Part shown: piece after piece, positions 24,310-35,522 of the stretch
Layout of the letters: every line of letters starts with the position of its first letter
How positions within the stretch are numbered: the stretch's first letter is position 1
IMG/VR virus record: IMGVR_UViG_3300010429_000098
Location: 2,281 to 66,280 of that record
DNA: 64,000 nt
Reading direction: 5' to 3' (one strand)
DNA from: a virus
Taxonomy: Duplodnaviria; Caudoviricetes
Translations under genes and position numbers: made by a program
Notes under the pieces: model-generated
Database searches by the model: none
What the model was told of the DNA's origin: nothing
What the model saw: only the letters and a program-made list of their open reading frames with translations

Positions 24310-27300
24310 ATGGCCGGCGTTATAGTCGATGTCAACACACGTGCAGATTCAGCTAAGAAAGATCTAAGCGATATAAATAAAAGCTTGTCTGATATTATTA
24401 ACAAAGCTGCGAGATCAAAAGAAGGATTAGGAAAGATAGATAGTTCACGTTTTAAACTGTTTAACAAGGCAGTTAGCGACACAAACAATAACTTTAAAGA
24501 ATTAAAGAAAACTGGTGAATCTTCCTTAAATGGGGTAACTAAATCTGCGGACAAAGCCACTGGTGCGATGAGTGGTCTGAAGTCTGCGGTAATGAGTCTG
24601 GGTGCAGCATTTGCTGCGATAACTACAATCACTGTATTCCACAAAGCTGCAGATGATTTAACGAATATTCAGAACAGACTTAAATTAGTAATTACTGATA
24701 CGGATAATCTTATCAGAACACAGCAGAAATTATTTGCAATTTCAAAAGAAACTCGCGGTAATTTTGCAGATACTGCGTCTTCATTTGTGGACATGTCTTC
24801 TGCTCTAGAAAAGGCCGGGGTAGGTCAGCAAAAAGTATTTAAGGCGATAACAACAATTCAACAAGCTTCGGCTCTGTCCGGAAGCTCGATGGAGTCTATT
24901 CGTGCTGCAATGATGCAGCTAGGTCAAGGTATGGCGTCAGGCACCATTCGTGGTGAAGAATTGAATTCGGTGATGGAACAGATGAAGTATCTGGGCCAGG
25001 GTGTTGCGAGGGAGTTAGGTCTTAATGCAGGTTCTTTGCGTAAATTTGCAGAGGAAGGCAAACTAACTACAGAAGTTTTTCTAGGCGCTATTGAGAAAAT
25101 GTCGGCTAGAACCAGTAAAGACTTTGCCAATACTCGAGTTACTGTAGGTGTTGCGCTATCTCAATTGAAGAGTACACTGATGTATTCTTTAGGCGATTTC
25201 AATCAATTCTACGGATTTGCTGACAGATTCGCTAAAAGCATTTTAAAAGTCTCAGACAGTCTGAATAGTTTATCCAATGCTGCAGTAGGGGCTATTTTCG
25301 TACTTAAGAATAATATTAGAAACTATATACAACAGTTTGATATATTTAGCGCAGCAGAGTTGACTCTTAAATCAGCGATAAAATTAGAGATAACACCGTT
25401 AGATGCATATGATACTTACACATATTACAAGGATGTCAAATCTTATATTGACAAATTTAGAGAATTCGTAGGTAGTCAAAAAGAGACAAGGATAAAAGTT
25501 AAAGCTCCGGAAGTAGAGTTACCTAAACTTAAGAAATTTGATCTTCAAGGAAAAGAGATACCTGATGAGATCATACCCACAGAACGGATTAATACATTAA
25601 CCGCTAAGCTTGACCAATTAAAAGCAACATTTAGCGAGTTGGGTCAGATTGCAATGTTGTCCGGGTCAGCCGTATTGATAACATTCCAGAATATTGCAAG
25701 ATTTCTTCCTCATGTCGTAGGCCCTGTTATCACAATCGGATCTCGTATAGAATCTGCATTTAAGTCCTGGAGAGCTGCTATGACCGCAGCTACATATGAC
25801 GCATTAATGCCATTCGTTCGCAATCTACAAGGTATTGAAGAATTCTTAACATTCTTCCAGACAAACGACACCAGATTAGAGCGCGCTTGGGTAAATATGT
25901 TCAAGTCAGACTCTTTAGTAACCTTCAAAGAAAATCTGAAGGCATTAAATGAGCAACGTAGAAACATCAAGATGAATGATCAGGTGTTCTTATTCACAGA
26001 AGCGATCCGTAGTCTGCGTGAATTCTTACATCCGGTAGAGAAGACGCTTATAATGCTTAACCTCATGGATAACAGGTTATATAGCATTCGTTCGGCGCGG
26101 TTTGATCGTCTATTGAAATACTTCGAGAACATTGGTCTTGTCGTAAAGCGCATATATCAAGACGTGTTCGCTACAACGCTAGAGCCTATAATCGCTAAAG
26201 TAGTGGCGAAAGTAGTGGCATACTTCCAAGCCATTCAAGATGCTCTTGCCGATGCTTTTAATGCAGCAACAGGATACAAAATAGGCAATGCATTTGTCAA
26301 CGGATTAACTAAAGGTTTCAATGCGTTCTTTAATGGTTTGCGCAAACTAGAAGATCGCGAAACGTTATGGACTATCCTATTCCCAGAGAACACTAAAGAT
26401 AAAGTATTAGCTGCTGCAGCCGGTGTCTTTAAAGCACTGTGGGAATTTATTAAGGGAATATTTAGTGGAATAGGCGGCGGTATTCTTAAGAATACTACGA
26501 GTCCTATGGAAGGATTCGCTAAAGGAATGTATCGAGCGTTTGTAGATGCATTCAAGCCCATAGATTCCTTTGTCGAGAAATGGTTTAAGGTCTTATCCAG
26601 AAAATTAGCCAACACAAGAATTAGTCTAATATTTAATTTTAATAGAAATGGCTTCGAAGAGTTTCAGTTATTCATGGTTAACATGTTTCAAAAGATACTT
26701 GATACAACCATGGGACCTTTGGCTGCAGTAGAAAAGAGAATAGCCTCGTTTGCAGAGTTTGTTAAACGTGCATTCTTTGATATTTATGATGCAGTTGTCG
26801 GACATTCTTTCTGGCCTGATACCATTAATGGCGTTATTAACTATACCACCAAATTGTTTGAAACTGAGAGTTTATTGACTCAATTCAAAAACATGGTGTT
26901 AAAGGTATTTAAAGAGATACAAACGAGTCTAGCTTCTGGCAGTACTAAGTTTGGCAGCGCTATCATTGAATTTAAGGCTAGGATTAGCACCGTTGATTGG
27001 GGACAGGCAGCAAAAACGTTTAGTACGACTATAGGTTCTTCGATTATTGCAGGATTTGCATTAGCCTTTGGAAATGGCTATCTAAAAGTAAGCGCAGTAG
27101 GCTATTTCATTAATCTATTTAACGCATCCTTGAGCGGTGCATTGGGCGCTTTTAGTCCAGTTCTCGCAAGTGCATTAGGTTCTATAATGGGAGATTTAGC
27201 GAGTAATGCAGTAAGATCTATTAATAATATATTAAATGATATCTTTAATTTAATAGGGCCATTCACTGAATCATTCTTCAAATCGTTCTTTGGTTCTTTT

Positions 27301-30300
27301 GGCGAATACCTAGTTAAGGCTCTTAGCCTTGGTCCATTACTGCATACTCTAATTCCTACGATAAGCGGTGCATTTAGCCCAATAATGCGAAGCGTTTCAG
27401 CTGTTATTTCTGTAGTCACTAATAGCGTAACTGCATTAACCCTTGCTATTGCTGGTCTGTGGATCATGCTTAGGAAAAAGGGTGGAAAAGAGATATGGAA
27501 TGTTCTTAAAGGAAAAGAAGATGAATTCGGTAAAGATGGCAAGATAAAGAAGAAGGGCTACGAAGGCATTTTTGGCTTTTTCACGGATAAGATAAATAAG
27601 GGTAAACCAGCTGGAAAAGGGTTATTCGCGAAATTTATAGATTCAATGGAAATTCCTGCTTATGGAGTCGCAGCGGGTTTATTATTTGCTTCGTCTTTTT
27701 TAGAAGGAATTGATTTCCTTGAAGCGGCTGTGTTCGGGATACCTCTGTTAACCGGTGCATTCTTAGGAAAGGGCGCAGGGCAACGTATCATTGGAAATGT
27801 AGTAGGTCTTGCACAGAAAGCCGCTATTGCTGCATACGCTAGCTTTTCAAAGAAACTTCAAGAGCTAACTGGTACCGAAACCATTCTTGCCCCATTATTA
27901 GAGGGAATGAAGCCTAAGCCAAAGAAAATGAAAATGGAGTATTCTCCATTGAGTAATGCAATTGGCAATGTATTCTCTGAAGTAGGTAATTATATCGCTG
28001 CAATAAAAAGCAGAGGTGCCGCATATTCTGATAGAAAAATAGGAATAAAAGATTTATTCTCATTAGATACGGCCCCGTTAATGTCTGAATGGAAGCGGCC
28101 GATTGCAGATCAATTGGATATGTTTGCCGCTGATGGTGCAGCTATTATTGGTAGTAGACAAGGATCTCTTGATTTTGGTCCTATGTCAAATACGAGTAAG
28201 GTTGAAAAGTCTCCTTTAAAGAAAGCTGTTAAGGATCTTGGCGTGACTATCGGAGCTATTAAATTTGGCGAAAGTACGCTAAGTCAAAGAGCTTCTGGGG
28301 TCAGCGGTATTATTGGAGCAATGTTTAATTCGTTTACTGAAAGGTTAAACAGACTAGACCTGTTTAAACGTATCCCACAAAAAGCACAAGAGATGTTTGC
28401 CATGATTGGTAAATACACAAAAGAAGCCTTAGCTACGATGGGTGCAGGTCTAGAATTGCTTGGAAACTTATTTAAAAATAAATGGGTATTTGGTATTGCT
28501 GCTACTGCACTATTCGTCGGTACCGCTAACGCTGCTTCAGATGCAACTAGCGCCATCTCAGCTCTTGTAGAAGTAGTAGGATCACTTGCAATAGTTCTCG
28601 GCACTGCTGCAGCCGCTCTGTATGCACTCGGCTCTGCTAAGAAAATCTTTGGTGCCTACAAAATAGGAGAAGAAGCTTTCAGACGTAAGGAGGCTATGAA
28701 GAATCTTGCAGCACGTGGTGTGAATATAGAAGCTATGCAAGCTGCTGCTAAAGGCGCTGAATATACAGGAGAAACGGATGCTCGAAAGAAATTTAAAGAG
28801 AATAAAAAGGCACGATTTGTAGAGTTTGACAATGAACGCATCGCCGCAGTAGAAAAGTTACGTAATGCAAATAATGAGAAGCTCGCTAAAGCAATGGCTG
28901 GCGGAAATTTAAGTCAGTCTGCCGAAGCTATGATGCGTAAAGCTGCGATATTAGAGGCTACTACGTTAAACACTAATCTGAAGACAGCGTTTAAGAAGAA
29001 AGAAGCCTTATTGTTAGAAGCAGCTATCGCAGCAGCAAGAGCAGCTCCGCAAAAGCGTATTGATGATATAATTGCTGATGCTATGTCACAAATTGGATCT
29101 AAAGACGCTAAAGCAGCCGGTCGTGCCGCCGTATTCGATGCCGTAAAGGAAAGAATACGTGGAATTACATCAGCTATAGCAGGTCTGATTGGTGCAGCGG
29201 GTAGTATTGTAGCGGCGCCTGGATTAGCGCTAGCATGGTGGGTAGAAAGAGTTGCGGCTGTAAAGAATTTTGCTAATGCAAATGATATAGCAAATAAGGC
29301 TGCATCTGCTATGCGATTGGCTGTTGCTGGGATGGCTAATGCTGTTGCTATGATGAAGGCCGGTGAAGCTACTGCTGGAATGATCGCATTTGCGAAAGCG
29401 ACATGGTCAGCTGTTGCCGCTACTGCAGCACTATCAAAGATTAGTGCCGTTGCCGCCGCTAAAAGTAGTGGAACTCTTCTAAAGGATATTGCAAGTTCGA
29501 TAGGGTCTGGCACATGGAAAGGGCTAAAAGCAGGTTGGGAAAAGCTATCCCCACAGTTGATGAAAGGCCTTAGATTGCTAAAAGGACCTACTGCCCTAGC
29601 TGGAGGCGCTGTCTTAGCCACCGGTGTTCTAGGTGTTGCTATATTTGGCAAAGGCGAGGGTTTCTTTAATAGGTTAGAGTGGACATATGATAAAATTAAA
29701 TCAATCCTCGGACTTGAAGCAACTACTAAAACTGGTAAGAAGTTTGAGATAGCTGACCAGTTAAAAACGCAGACCATTGGTGGTAAGACTTTAGACTTCA
29801 CTGGTGAAATAAATAAGATTGATTTCAGCAAGGTAACTGACGTACAGCAAACAACATTAAAAGAGGTTGCAGCTACTTACGCGGAGACAATGAAGAATCT
29901 ACAGTCTATGGAAGTAAAGCAGGGCTTTCTTACTACAGAACAGAAAACACAAAGAGACACTGTAGCGACAGAGACTCGTGGAATCTTGATGCGGATGCCT
30001 GAAAGAGCTTCTGCTACAATGATTGCGAGTATGGAGGCGTTAAATAAATCTATGCTTGACGTAGACAATTCAACCTGGGTATTGACGAAAAGATTCTTTG
30101 GATGGACTCCAATACTCAACTCTACAGTCGCAGCTATTAGCTCAGTGCAAGTAGGGTGGATGGCCTTTACAGAGGGTATCAAAAAGGGGCTTGGCTATAT
30201 ACTTAGTACGGTGACGTCATGGCCTGCTATGATAGGTGCTACCTTAGGCCTCGTAGGTGGTCCGATGGGAGCGCTATTCGGCTTCACTGTGGGAGCCATG

Positions 30301-33300
30301 ATATCCATTACACTGGATCTAATAGCGGCGTTCTCTAAGTTTGTTTATGTCGCAACAGGTCTTTCCGATTTAATGACTAAACTGAAGTTCGATGTACCGT
30401 TCAAAGTATTAGAAGAACAGTTAGGAAGCATGTGGTATGCTTTAGTTCCCATAATATTAGCGGGCATAGGCGGAGTTATTGGGGCGTTAGCTGGTGGTGT
30501 TGGAGCACCCCTTGGTGCAGCTCTTGGTGCGTCTTTAGGTACTATTCTTGTAACTGGCGTTACCGGCGCAATAATGGGCTTTAAAGCTCTTAAAAAAGAC
30601 TTTGTAGAGGGACTCAGTATACAACCCACAGAAGAGCGAAAGAAGCAAGCCAAGGCGTTACAGGATGCTGGTAAAAATGCTGCTAACTATAGTCAATTCT
30701 TGCCGCCTGAAGTTCAAAAGCTGATACAGGACACCGAGAACCAATATGGCGACGCACAGGCGAGAGCGGATGAGTTGCGCGCTAAAGGTGTAACTGGCTA
30801 TGATCCAGAAGAAATCAAGATCTATAATGAGATGCTGGACAAGGCTAAGAAAGACCTTAAAGAGCTTAACGACCTGAGAGAGACAGGTAAGAAATTTGGT
30901 TTTGACAGTATTCAAAGATCTCCCGAAGGTGTTGATAAAGATATCGCAGCTGCAGAGGCTAGGCTAAATAAATTAAAAGCAGAACCATTTACTGCAGGCT
31001 TCGAAGAACAATTGCGTAGAGCAGATGAGGATGCCAAGAAACTTTATGACTTCCTGTTAAATATTAAGCAGACTTATAGCGATCTTGCGTGGGAAAACAA
31101 GGGTATCGAAGAGTTTAAGAAGTATACAAAAGAGATTTCCTCCTCTGCGAAAACTCTACTTGACGTAGATATGGGCGAGTTCGGTGAGAAGTTTAAAGGT
31201 ACTTCAGAAGATTTTGCCAAGTTCCAAGAGATGGCAGCTAAAGTCGAACCATTAAAGTTCCAGCTATCCCGCACAAGTAACGTTAGCATTCGCAGTGATA
31301 TCCAAAAAGAAATTGATAAAATTCAAGAAGACGCTAAACTACTGATGGATAAGGCTAATGCCTCTAGGAATGCAGGAACACGTATAGACTTCATAATTAA
31401 AGCAGGCGGGCTTGATACCACAAAAGAGTCTTTACTTACACTGTTCACAACAATGAACTACGGCGAGGAGGCTCTTCAACGTCTTGAGGAGGCTACACGC
31501 GACCTAGTGAAAGCAGAACAAGAACTTGCAGATCTGCCTTTAAATGCGTCAATGGAGGAACGCGCCAAGGCTGCTAAGAAAGTCGCAGATAACCGCAAAT
31601 TAATCACTGATTTGACGCCTACTAGCACTATGTTTGGCGATATAAATGCTAAACTACAAGGTCTAGGAATAGAACAGATCAAGCTGGATAACTTCGTTGG
31701 TTTTACAAAAGGCGACGTTACGCAGGTCGCGGGGCTGCTAGATATGCTTCGTAAGAAAAATCAAGAAATAAAAGATATCCAACCAGGTGATGAAAATGCG
31801 TTCGATGAAATAATTAAGAAGATGCGTGAAGCCCTTGGTCTTACTAAGCAGATTAAAGATCAAATAGCACAGGTGATGGCTTCAGATGTTAAGAGAGTAA
31901 CTGAATCTAACAAACCATTAGGTGAGAAGGTTCAGGAGGTTTCTAGAATTACTGGAGAAGCCTTGCCAACAGGCGCTATGAGTTCAGAACGCAACATGAA
32001 GTCATATCTGAACTCAATGAGTAAAAAGACTCAAGCCGCCGTTGATATGGCATCCACAGACGTCCCTACAATAATAAAGGGCGCTAAAGATAAATACTCT
32101 GCAGAAGAAGCTTTATCTAAGCTCGAAGACCGCACCAAGATTACGCTTGATAATATCCTGACTAATATATCTGAGGCTGGTATACAGATATCTCAAACGG
32201 TGATGGGTTCATTCACGTCAGCGACACAGGTAGGCCTAGCAAAGATCGGCATTGCAATTGAATCAATGAATAAACAAATTAGCGAAGCCTCTGCATCCGG
32301 TATAGTTGGTGAAAAGCTTACTGCTATGGTGAATAAGCGTTTAGACTTACTTGCAGCTGCGAGAAAATTAATGCTGGCAGGTATGTCGAAGTCCGGCGAA
32401 GCAATGAAAGGTATGTTTGATAAATTAGGATTATCAGACGCTCGTAGTATTGCTAAAATTAAACCAGCTGATATGGCAGGTATACAAGGCCTTTATGGAC
32501 GCCAATTAGAAGCTGAGGAAAATCTCAAACGTCCTGTAAAAAGTATGGACGAGCTTCTCGGTCGTTATAAGACACTAGCCGCTATTACAGATGAAGTAGA
32601 GGCACTTACAGAAGAGCTTGCTCAAACGTTTGAAGGTACAATGAGTACTGTAAATGAAGTACTTGGCACTTCTTTTGATTTACTTGACTTTGAACGTTTT
32701 GGAAAGGGCTTTGTCGGCGTTGCTGAAGAGATGTCTAAGACGCTAAAGAAGATTAAGCGTGACGGCGTAACAGGTACTGATGAATCTGTCCAAGATTTCC
32801 TCATGCGTATGAAGAAGATGACAGAAAAGGGTGCATTCCTTACCTTCATCAAGAGTGTTGCAGATGGATTTACTCAAGCCTTGACCGATGGCGCTAAAAC
32901 CGCATTTGAGAGAATTGCGGCAATGACCCCTGATTTCAAACTGGAGTTCTCTGACTTTGCTAAGTTAGCTCCAAATAAGAGGAGAGAATTTGGTGTTGAA
33001 GCGGCTGGAATGGAGAGCTTGAAGAAAGCATTTGATTTGCCTAACTTGAGCGAGAAATCTGCTGCCATTCTGAACTCCTTCTCAGGCGACGGCGATGTTA
33101 CTAGGGTTTTAGCAGATCTGGAAGCCTCTTTGAATCAGGAGGGTCTCTCGCTAAAGAACCCCAATGTGCTGGCATTAGACAATAATACGTCTGCTACTGA
33201 GAAGAATACTAGTGCGATATTACAAAGTCTAGGCATAAAGAGTGCTGGTGAGACTCCGAAACAAAGTGTGGAGAATAGAACCGGAGAGATTGCTTCTGAC

Positions 33301-34665
33301 ACTTTTAGAAAATTCTATGAAGCAGAAACGAACTACAGAACTAAATTCCTAGAAGGTATGGATCTGAATGCCATATTAAGAGGAGTTGGTATTGATAAAC
33401 GCATTGCTAACAAGATTGGTAATACGCCGGTTGCAGAACAGATAAAACAGTTAGGTATAGAACGCTTCAAACTGAGTAGAGATGAGTTTGCAACACCTGA
33501 GCAGAAGCAGCTTAATCAAGCTAAGGTAGATGCGATTGATGAGCATATAACATCTCTTGTAGATTCTGTAACGCGCTTTGAGGTAGGACTGAGAGAAGCA
33601 GCTAATTCTTTCAGGGCATCTGTAGCTAATGGATTTGGTACATCCTTAAGAGGATTGTTAGATGGTAAGAAGAATGAAAATCAAAGCGTCATCAAGACAT
33701 TCTTTAATGGAATTACTAACTCTATTGCAGATGCTACAAAAGATACGCTGATCAAAGGCCTGACAGAGCGTATCATGGGGCCTAATGGCTTCCTAGGAAG
33801 CTTCTTCACTAATATGGGCGCGAATATATTCGGGCTTGGTGATCTATTAGGAACTAAGGTACCTGGTTCAGAGCCTCAGATGGTGTTCCAATCATCTGTA
33901 GATGTATTCTCTCAAGCGGTGGATAGACTTATTGGTGGCACTGGTGTTGATAGACTTGGTATATCTAAGCCTAATGCTAAGACGACTGATATCAACGCAG
34001 AGCAATTCGCTGAAGATTTCAATGTACCTACAGAAGAGGCCTTTAAGAATTCTGGCGAAGAATTTGCTAGATATATGGAGAAAGGTTTCACTGAAGGCAG
34101 CAAGTTGTTATCTTCTGGTTTATCTGGAATACTCGGTATGCTGGGCGGCGGGGGTAGTGGAAAAGGTGGTACAGGACTGCTAGGCGGAATATTAGGCGCA
34201 GGTACACAGCTTGTAGGAGCTGTAGACAAGGCTTGGCCTGCAATCTTTGAAGGCCTTTCCGCGATATTCCTGGCTGAAGGTGGTCCAGTAGCAGGTGTCG
34301 TAAATGGCCCTGGTACTAGTACTTCTGACTCAGTACCGGCAATGTTGTCTAAAGGTGAATTTGTGGTCAATACTGCAGCTACAAAAGAGCATGCATCATT
34401 ATTGACTAGAATTAATTCAGGACAACCATTACGATTTGCTTCAGGTGGAATTGTAGGATTACCCACCCCATCGAGTAATGAGGCCGTCTACAATGATGCT
34501 AAGACCGCTAGTACAGTGAACAATAAGTCTACTGTTGTCAATCTCAACATCACAGGCGATATCTCTCGTCAGACTAAACAAGAAATAATGAAGATGTTAC
34601 CGGAGATTTCAAACGGTGTTAATAGCTATAATAGAGAGTCGAACTATAAAGTTGCTACTCGTTAG
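24310..34665 (+). CDS. Tape measure protein (3451 aa)
   Basis: N-terminal tape-measure domain (QL.QG.ASG..RGEELNSV.EQ...LRKFA.EGKLT), Ala-rich helical body with hydrophobic segments, C-terminal GPGTSTSDSVPAMLSKGEFVV...FASGG. Confidence 0.93.
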   Translation: MAGVIVDVNTRADSAKKDLSDINKSLSDIINKAARSKEGLGKIDSSRFKLFNKAVSDTNNNFKELKKTGESSLNGVTKSADKATGAMSGLKSAVMSLGAAFAAITTITVFHKAADDLTNIQNRLKLVITDTDNLIRTQQKLFAISKETRGNFADTASSFVDMSSALEKAGVGQQKVFKAITTIQQASALSGSSMESIRAAMMQLGQGMASGTIRGEELNSVMEQMKYLGQGVARELGLNAGSLRKFAEEGKLTTEVFLGAIEKMSARTSKDFANTRVTVGVALSQLKSTLMYSLGDFNQFYGFADRFAKSILKVSDSLNSLSNAAVGAIFVLKNNIRNYIQQFDIFSAAELTLKSAIKLEITPLDAYDTYTYYKDVKSYIDKFREFVGSQKETRIKVKAPEVELPKLKKFDLQGKEIPDEIIPTERINTLTAKLDQLKATFSELGQIAMLSGSAVLITFQNIARFLPHVVGPVITIGSRIESAFKSWRAAMTAATYDALMPFVRNLQGIEEFLTFFQTNDTRLERAWVNMFKSDSLVTFKENLKALNEQRRNIKMNDQVFLFTEAIRSLREFLHPVEKTLIMLNLMDNRLYSIRSARFDRLLKYFENIGLVVKRIYQDVFATTLEPIIAKVVAKVVAYFQAIQDALADAFNAATGYKIGNAFVNGLTKGFNAFFNGLRKLEDRETLWTILFPENTKDKVLAAAAGVFKALWEFIKGIFSGIGGGILKNTTSPMEGFAKGMYRAFVDAFKPIDSFVEKWFKVLSRKLANTRISLIFNFNRNGFEEFQLFMVNMFQKILDTTMGPLAAVEKRIASFAEFVKRAFFDIYDAVVGHSFWPDTINGVINYTTKLFETESLLTQFKNMVLKVFKEIQTSLASGSTKFGSAIIEFKARISTVDWGQAAKTFSTTIGSSIIAGFALAFGNGYLKVSAVGYFINLFNASLSGALGAFSPVLASALGSIMGDLASNAVRSINNILNDIFNLIGPFTESFFKSFFGSFGEYLVKALSLGPLLHTLIPTISGAFSPIMRSVSAVISVVTNSVTALTLAIAGLWIMLRKKGGKEIWNVLKGKEDEFGKDGKIKKKGYEGIFGFFTDKINKGKPAGKGLFAKFIDSMEIPAYGVAAGLLFASSFLEGIDFLEAAVFGIPLLTGAFLGKGAGQRIIGNVVGLAQKAAIAAYASFSKKLQELTGTETILAPLLEGMKPKPKKMKMEYSPLSNAIGNVFSEVGNYIAAIKSRGAAYSDRKIGIKDLFSLDTAPLMSEWKRPIADQLDMFAADGAAIIGSRQGSLDFGPMSNTSKVEKSPLKKAVKDLGVTIGAIKFGESTLSQRASGVSGIIGAMFNSFTERLNRLDLFKRIPQKAQEMFAMIGKYTKEALATMGAGLELLGNLFKNKWVFGIAATALFVGTANAASDATSAISALVEVVGSLAIVLGTAAAALYALGSAKKIFGAYKIGEEAFRRKEAMKNLAARGVNIEAMQAAAKGAEYTGETDARKKFKENKKARFVEFDNERIAAVEKLRNANNEKLAKAMAGGNLSQSAEAMMRKAAILEATTLNTNLKTAFKKKEALLLEAAIAAARAAPQKRIDDIIADAMSQIGSKDAKAAGRAAVFDAVKERIRGITSAIAGLIGAAGSIVAAPGLALAWWVERVAAVKNFANANDIANKAASAMRLAVAGMANAVAMMKAGEATAGMIAFAKATWSAVAATAALSKISAVAAAKSSGTLLKDIASSIGSGTWKGLKAGWEKLSPQLMKGLRLLKGPTALAGGAVLATGVLGVAIFGKGEGFFNRLEWTYDKIKSILGLEATTKTGKKFEIADQLKTQTIGGKTLDFTGEINKIDFSKVTDVQQTTLKEVAATYAETMKNLQSMEVKQGFLTTEQKTQRDTVATETRGILMRMPERASATMIASMEALNKSMLDVDNSTWVLTKRFFGWTPILNSTVAAISSVQVGWMAFTEGIKKGLGYILSTVTSWPAMIGATLGLVGGPMGALFGFTVGAMISITLDLIAAFSKFVYVATGLSDLMTKLKFDVPFKVLEEQLGSMWYALVPIILAGIGGVIGALAGGVGAPLGAALGASLGTILVTGVTGAIMGFKALKKDFVEGLSIQPTEERKKQAKALQDAGKNAANYSQFLPPEVQKLIQDTENQYGDAQARADELRAKGVTGYDPEEIKIYNEMLDKAKKDLKELNDLRETGKKFGFDSIQRSPEGVDKDIAAAEARLNKLKAEPFTAGFEEQLRRADEDAKKLYDFLLNIKQTYSDLAWENKGIEEFKKYTKEISSSAKTLLDVDMGEFGEKFKGTSEDFAKFQEMAAKVEPLKFQLSRTSNVSIRSDIQKEIDKIQEDAKLLMDKANASRNAGTRIDFIIKAGGLDTTKESLLTLFTTMNYGEEALQRLEEATRDLVKAEQELADLPLNASMEERAKAAKKVADNRKLITDLTPTSTMFGDINAKLQGLGIEQIKLDNFVGFTKGDVTQVAGLLDMLRKKNQEIKDIQPGDENAFDEIIKKMREALGLTKQIKDQIAQVMASDVKRVTESNKPLGEKVQEVSRITGEALPTGAMSSERNMKSYLNSMSKKTQAAVDMASTDVPTIIKGAKDKYSAEEALSKLEDRTKITLDNILTNISEAGIQISQTVMGSFTSATQVGLAKIGIAIESMNKQISEASASGIVGEKLTAMVNKRLDLLAAARKLMLAGMSKSGEAMKGMFDKLGLSDARSIAKIKPADMAGIQGLYGRQLEAEENLKRPVKSMDELLGRYKTLAAITDEVEALTEELAQTFEGTMSTVNEVLGTSFDLLDFERFGKGFVGVAEEMSKTLKKIKRDGVTGTDESVQDFLMRMKKMTEKGAFLTFIKSVADGFTQALTDGAKTAFERIAAMTPDFKLEFSDFAKLAPNKRREFGVEAAGMESLKKAFDLPNLSEKSAAILNSFSGDGDVTRVLADLEASLNQEGLSLKNPNVLALDNNTSATEKNTSAILQSLGIKSAGETPKQSVENRTGEIASDTFRKFYEAETNYRTKFLEGMDLNAILRGVGIDKRIANKIGNTPVAEQIKQLGIERFKLSRDEFATPEQKQLNQAKVDAIDEHITSLVDSVTRFEVGLREAANSFRASVANGFGTSLRGLLDGKKNENQSVIKTFFNGITNSIADATKDTLIKGLTERIMGPNGFLGSFFTNMGANIFGLGDLLGTKVPGSEPQMVFQSSVDVFSQAVDRLIGGTGVDRLGISKPNAKTTDINAEQFAEDFNVPTEEAFKNSGEEFARYMEKGFTEGSKLLSSGLSGILGMLGGGGSGKGGTGLLGGILGAGTQLVGAVDKAWPAIFEGLSAIFLAEGGPVAGVVNGPGTSTSDSVPAMLSKGEFVVNTAATKEHASLLTRINSGQPLRFASGGIVGLPTPSSNEAVYNDAKTASTVNNKSTVVNLNITGDISRQTKQEIMKMLPEISNGVNSYNRESNYKVATR

Positions 34666-34937
34666 TAATTTTTAGCAATTAAAAACCCCCATTAAGTCCA
34701 ATTAAGGAATAATAGGGGTGCATTTTCGCGAGCAGTTTTCTTGCAACGCTGTGAACAGGTTTGTTGGAAGCCTACTCATGGGAAGATTATAACTCTTAGG
34801 GGGGAATTAGGGGGAATACATAATGATTATACCTACCTAATAATAGGGAGGGGCGGGACTGGAGGCTTTTAGTTATCAGATTGGCCAGCGGGGAAATGTG
34901 TAGTTAAGCACAGAATTTTCATCTCAAGGAGAACTAA

Positions 34938-35522
34938 ATGGCAGGAATTATTATAAACGGTGTGGTGGCAATTGAATTTGCCGCGCCTATGAGTGTTATC
35001 AGTAATAAGCCAGTGTACAGCGGCGATACGATGAGTTTACAAAGACTGACCTATGGTCAATCTGCGCAGAGGTGGGAAATAAAAACCAACCTAATGCCTA
35101 CGAATAGTAATGCAGATTTCTTCGCGCATAGCGTAATGAATAATTTCGATGGCGTGTTCGATATAAGAATGCCGCAGCCATATCGCGGCAATATCGCAAG
35201 GAATACCTCCGTGATAAATGCGACTGGAACTGCTGGAGCAGGTTCTGTAAATATCACTGGAAACACAGGTACGCTTCGTAAAGGAGATTTCGTAAGATTT
35301 ACCAGTGATAATAAAACATACATGATAACAGCAGATATCACAGGCAATGGAACAATGGGTATATTTCCAAAACTTAAACGTTCAATAGTCGGAGTACTGA
35401 TGGAACATGATGACACTGTAAATTTTAAGGCAACCTATGACTCAACCAACGTTCTTGGAATGATATACACGGACGGCATATTATCTGATCCGGGTTCCAT
35501 AACTTTTATTGAGGTAGTATGA
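34938..35522 (+). CDS. Distal tail / minor tail protein
   Basis: Directly after the tape measure gene; RBS AAGGAG. Confidence 0.6.
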   Translation: MAGIIINGVVAIEFAAPMSVISNKPVYSGDTMSLQRLTYGQSAQRWEIKTNLMPTNSNADFFAHSVMNNFDGVFDIRMPQPYRGNIARNTSVINATGTAGAGSVNITGNTGTLRKGDFVRFTSDNKTYMITADITGNGTMGIFPKLKRSIVGVLMEHDDTVNFKATYDSTNVLGMIYTDGILSDPGSITFIEVV

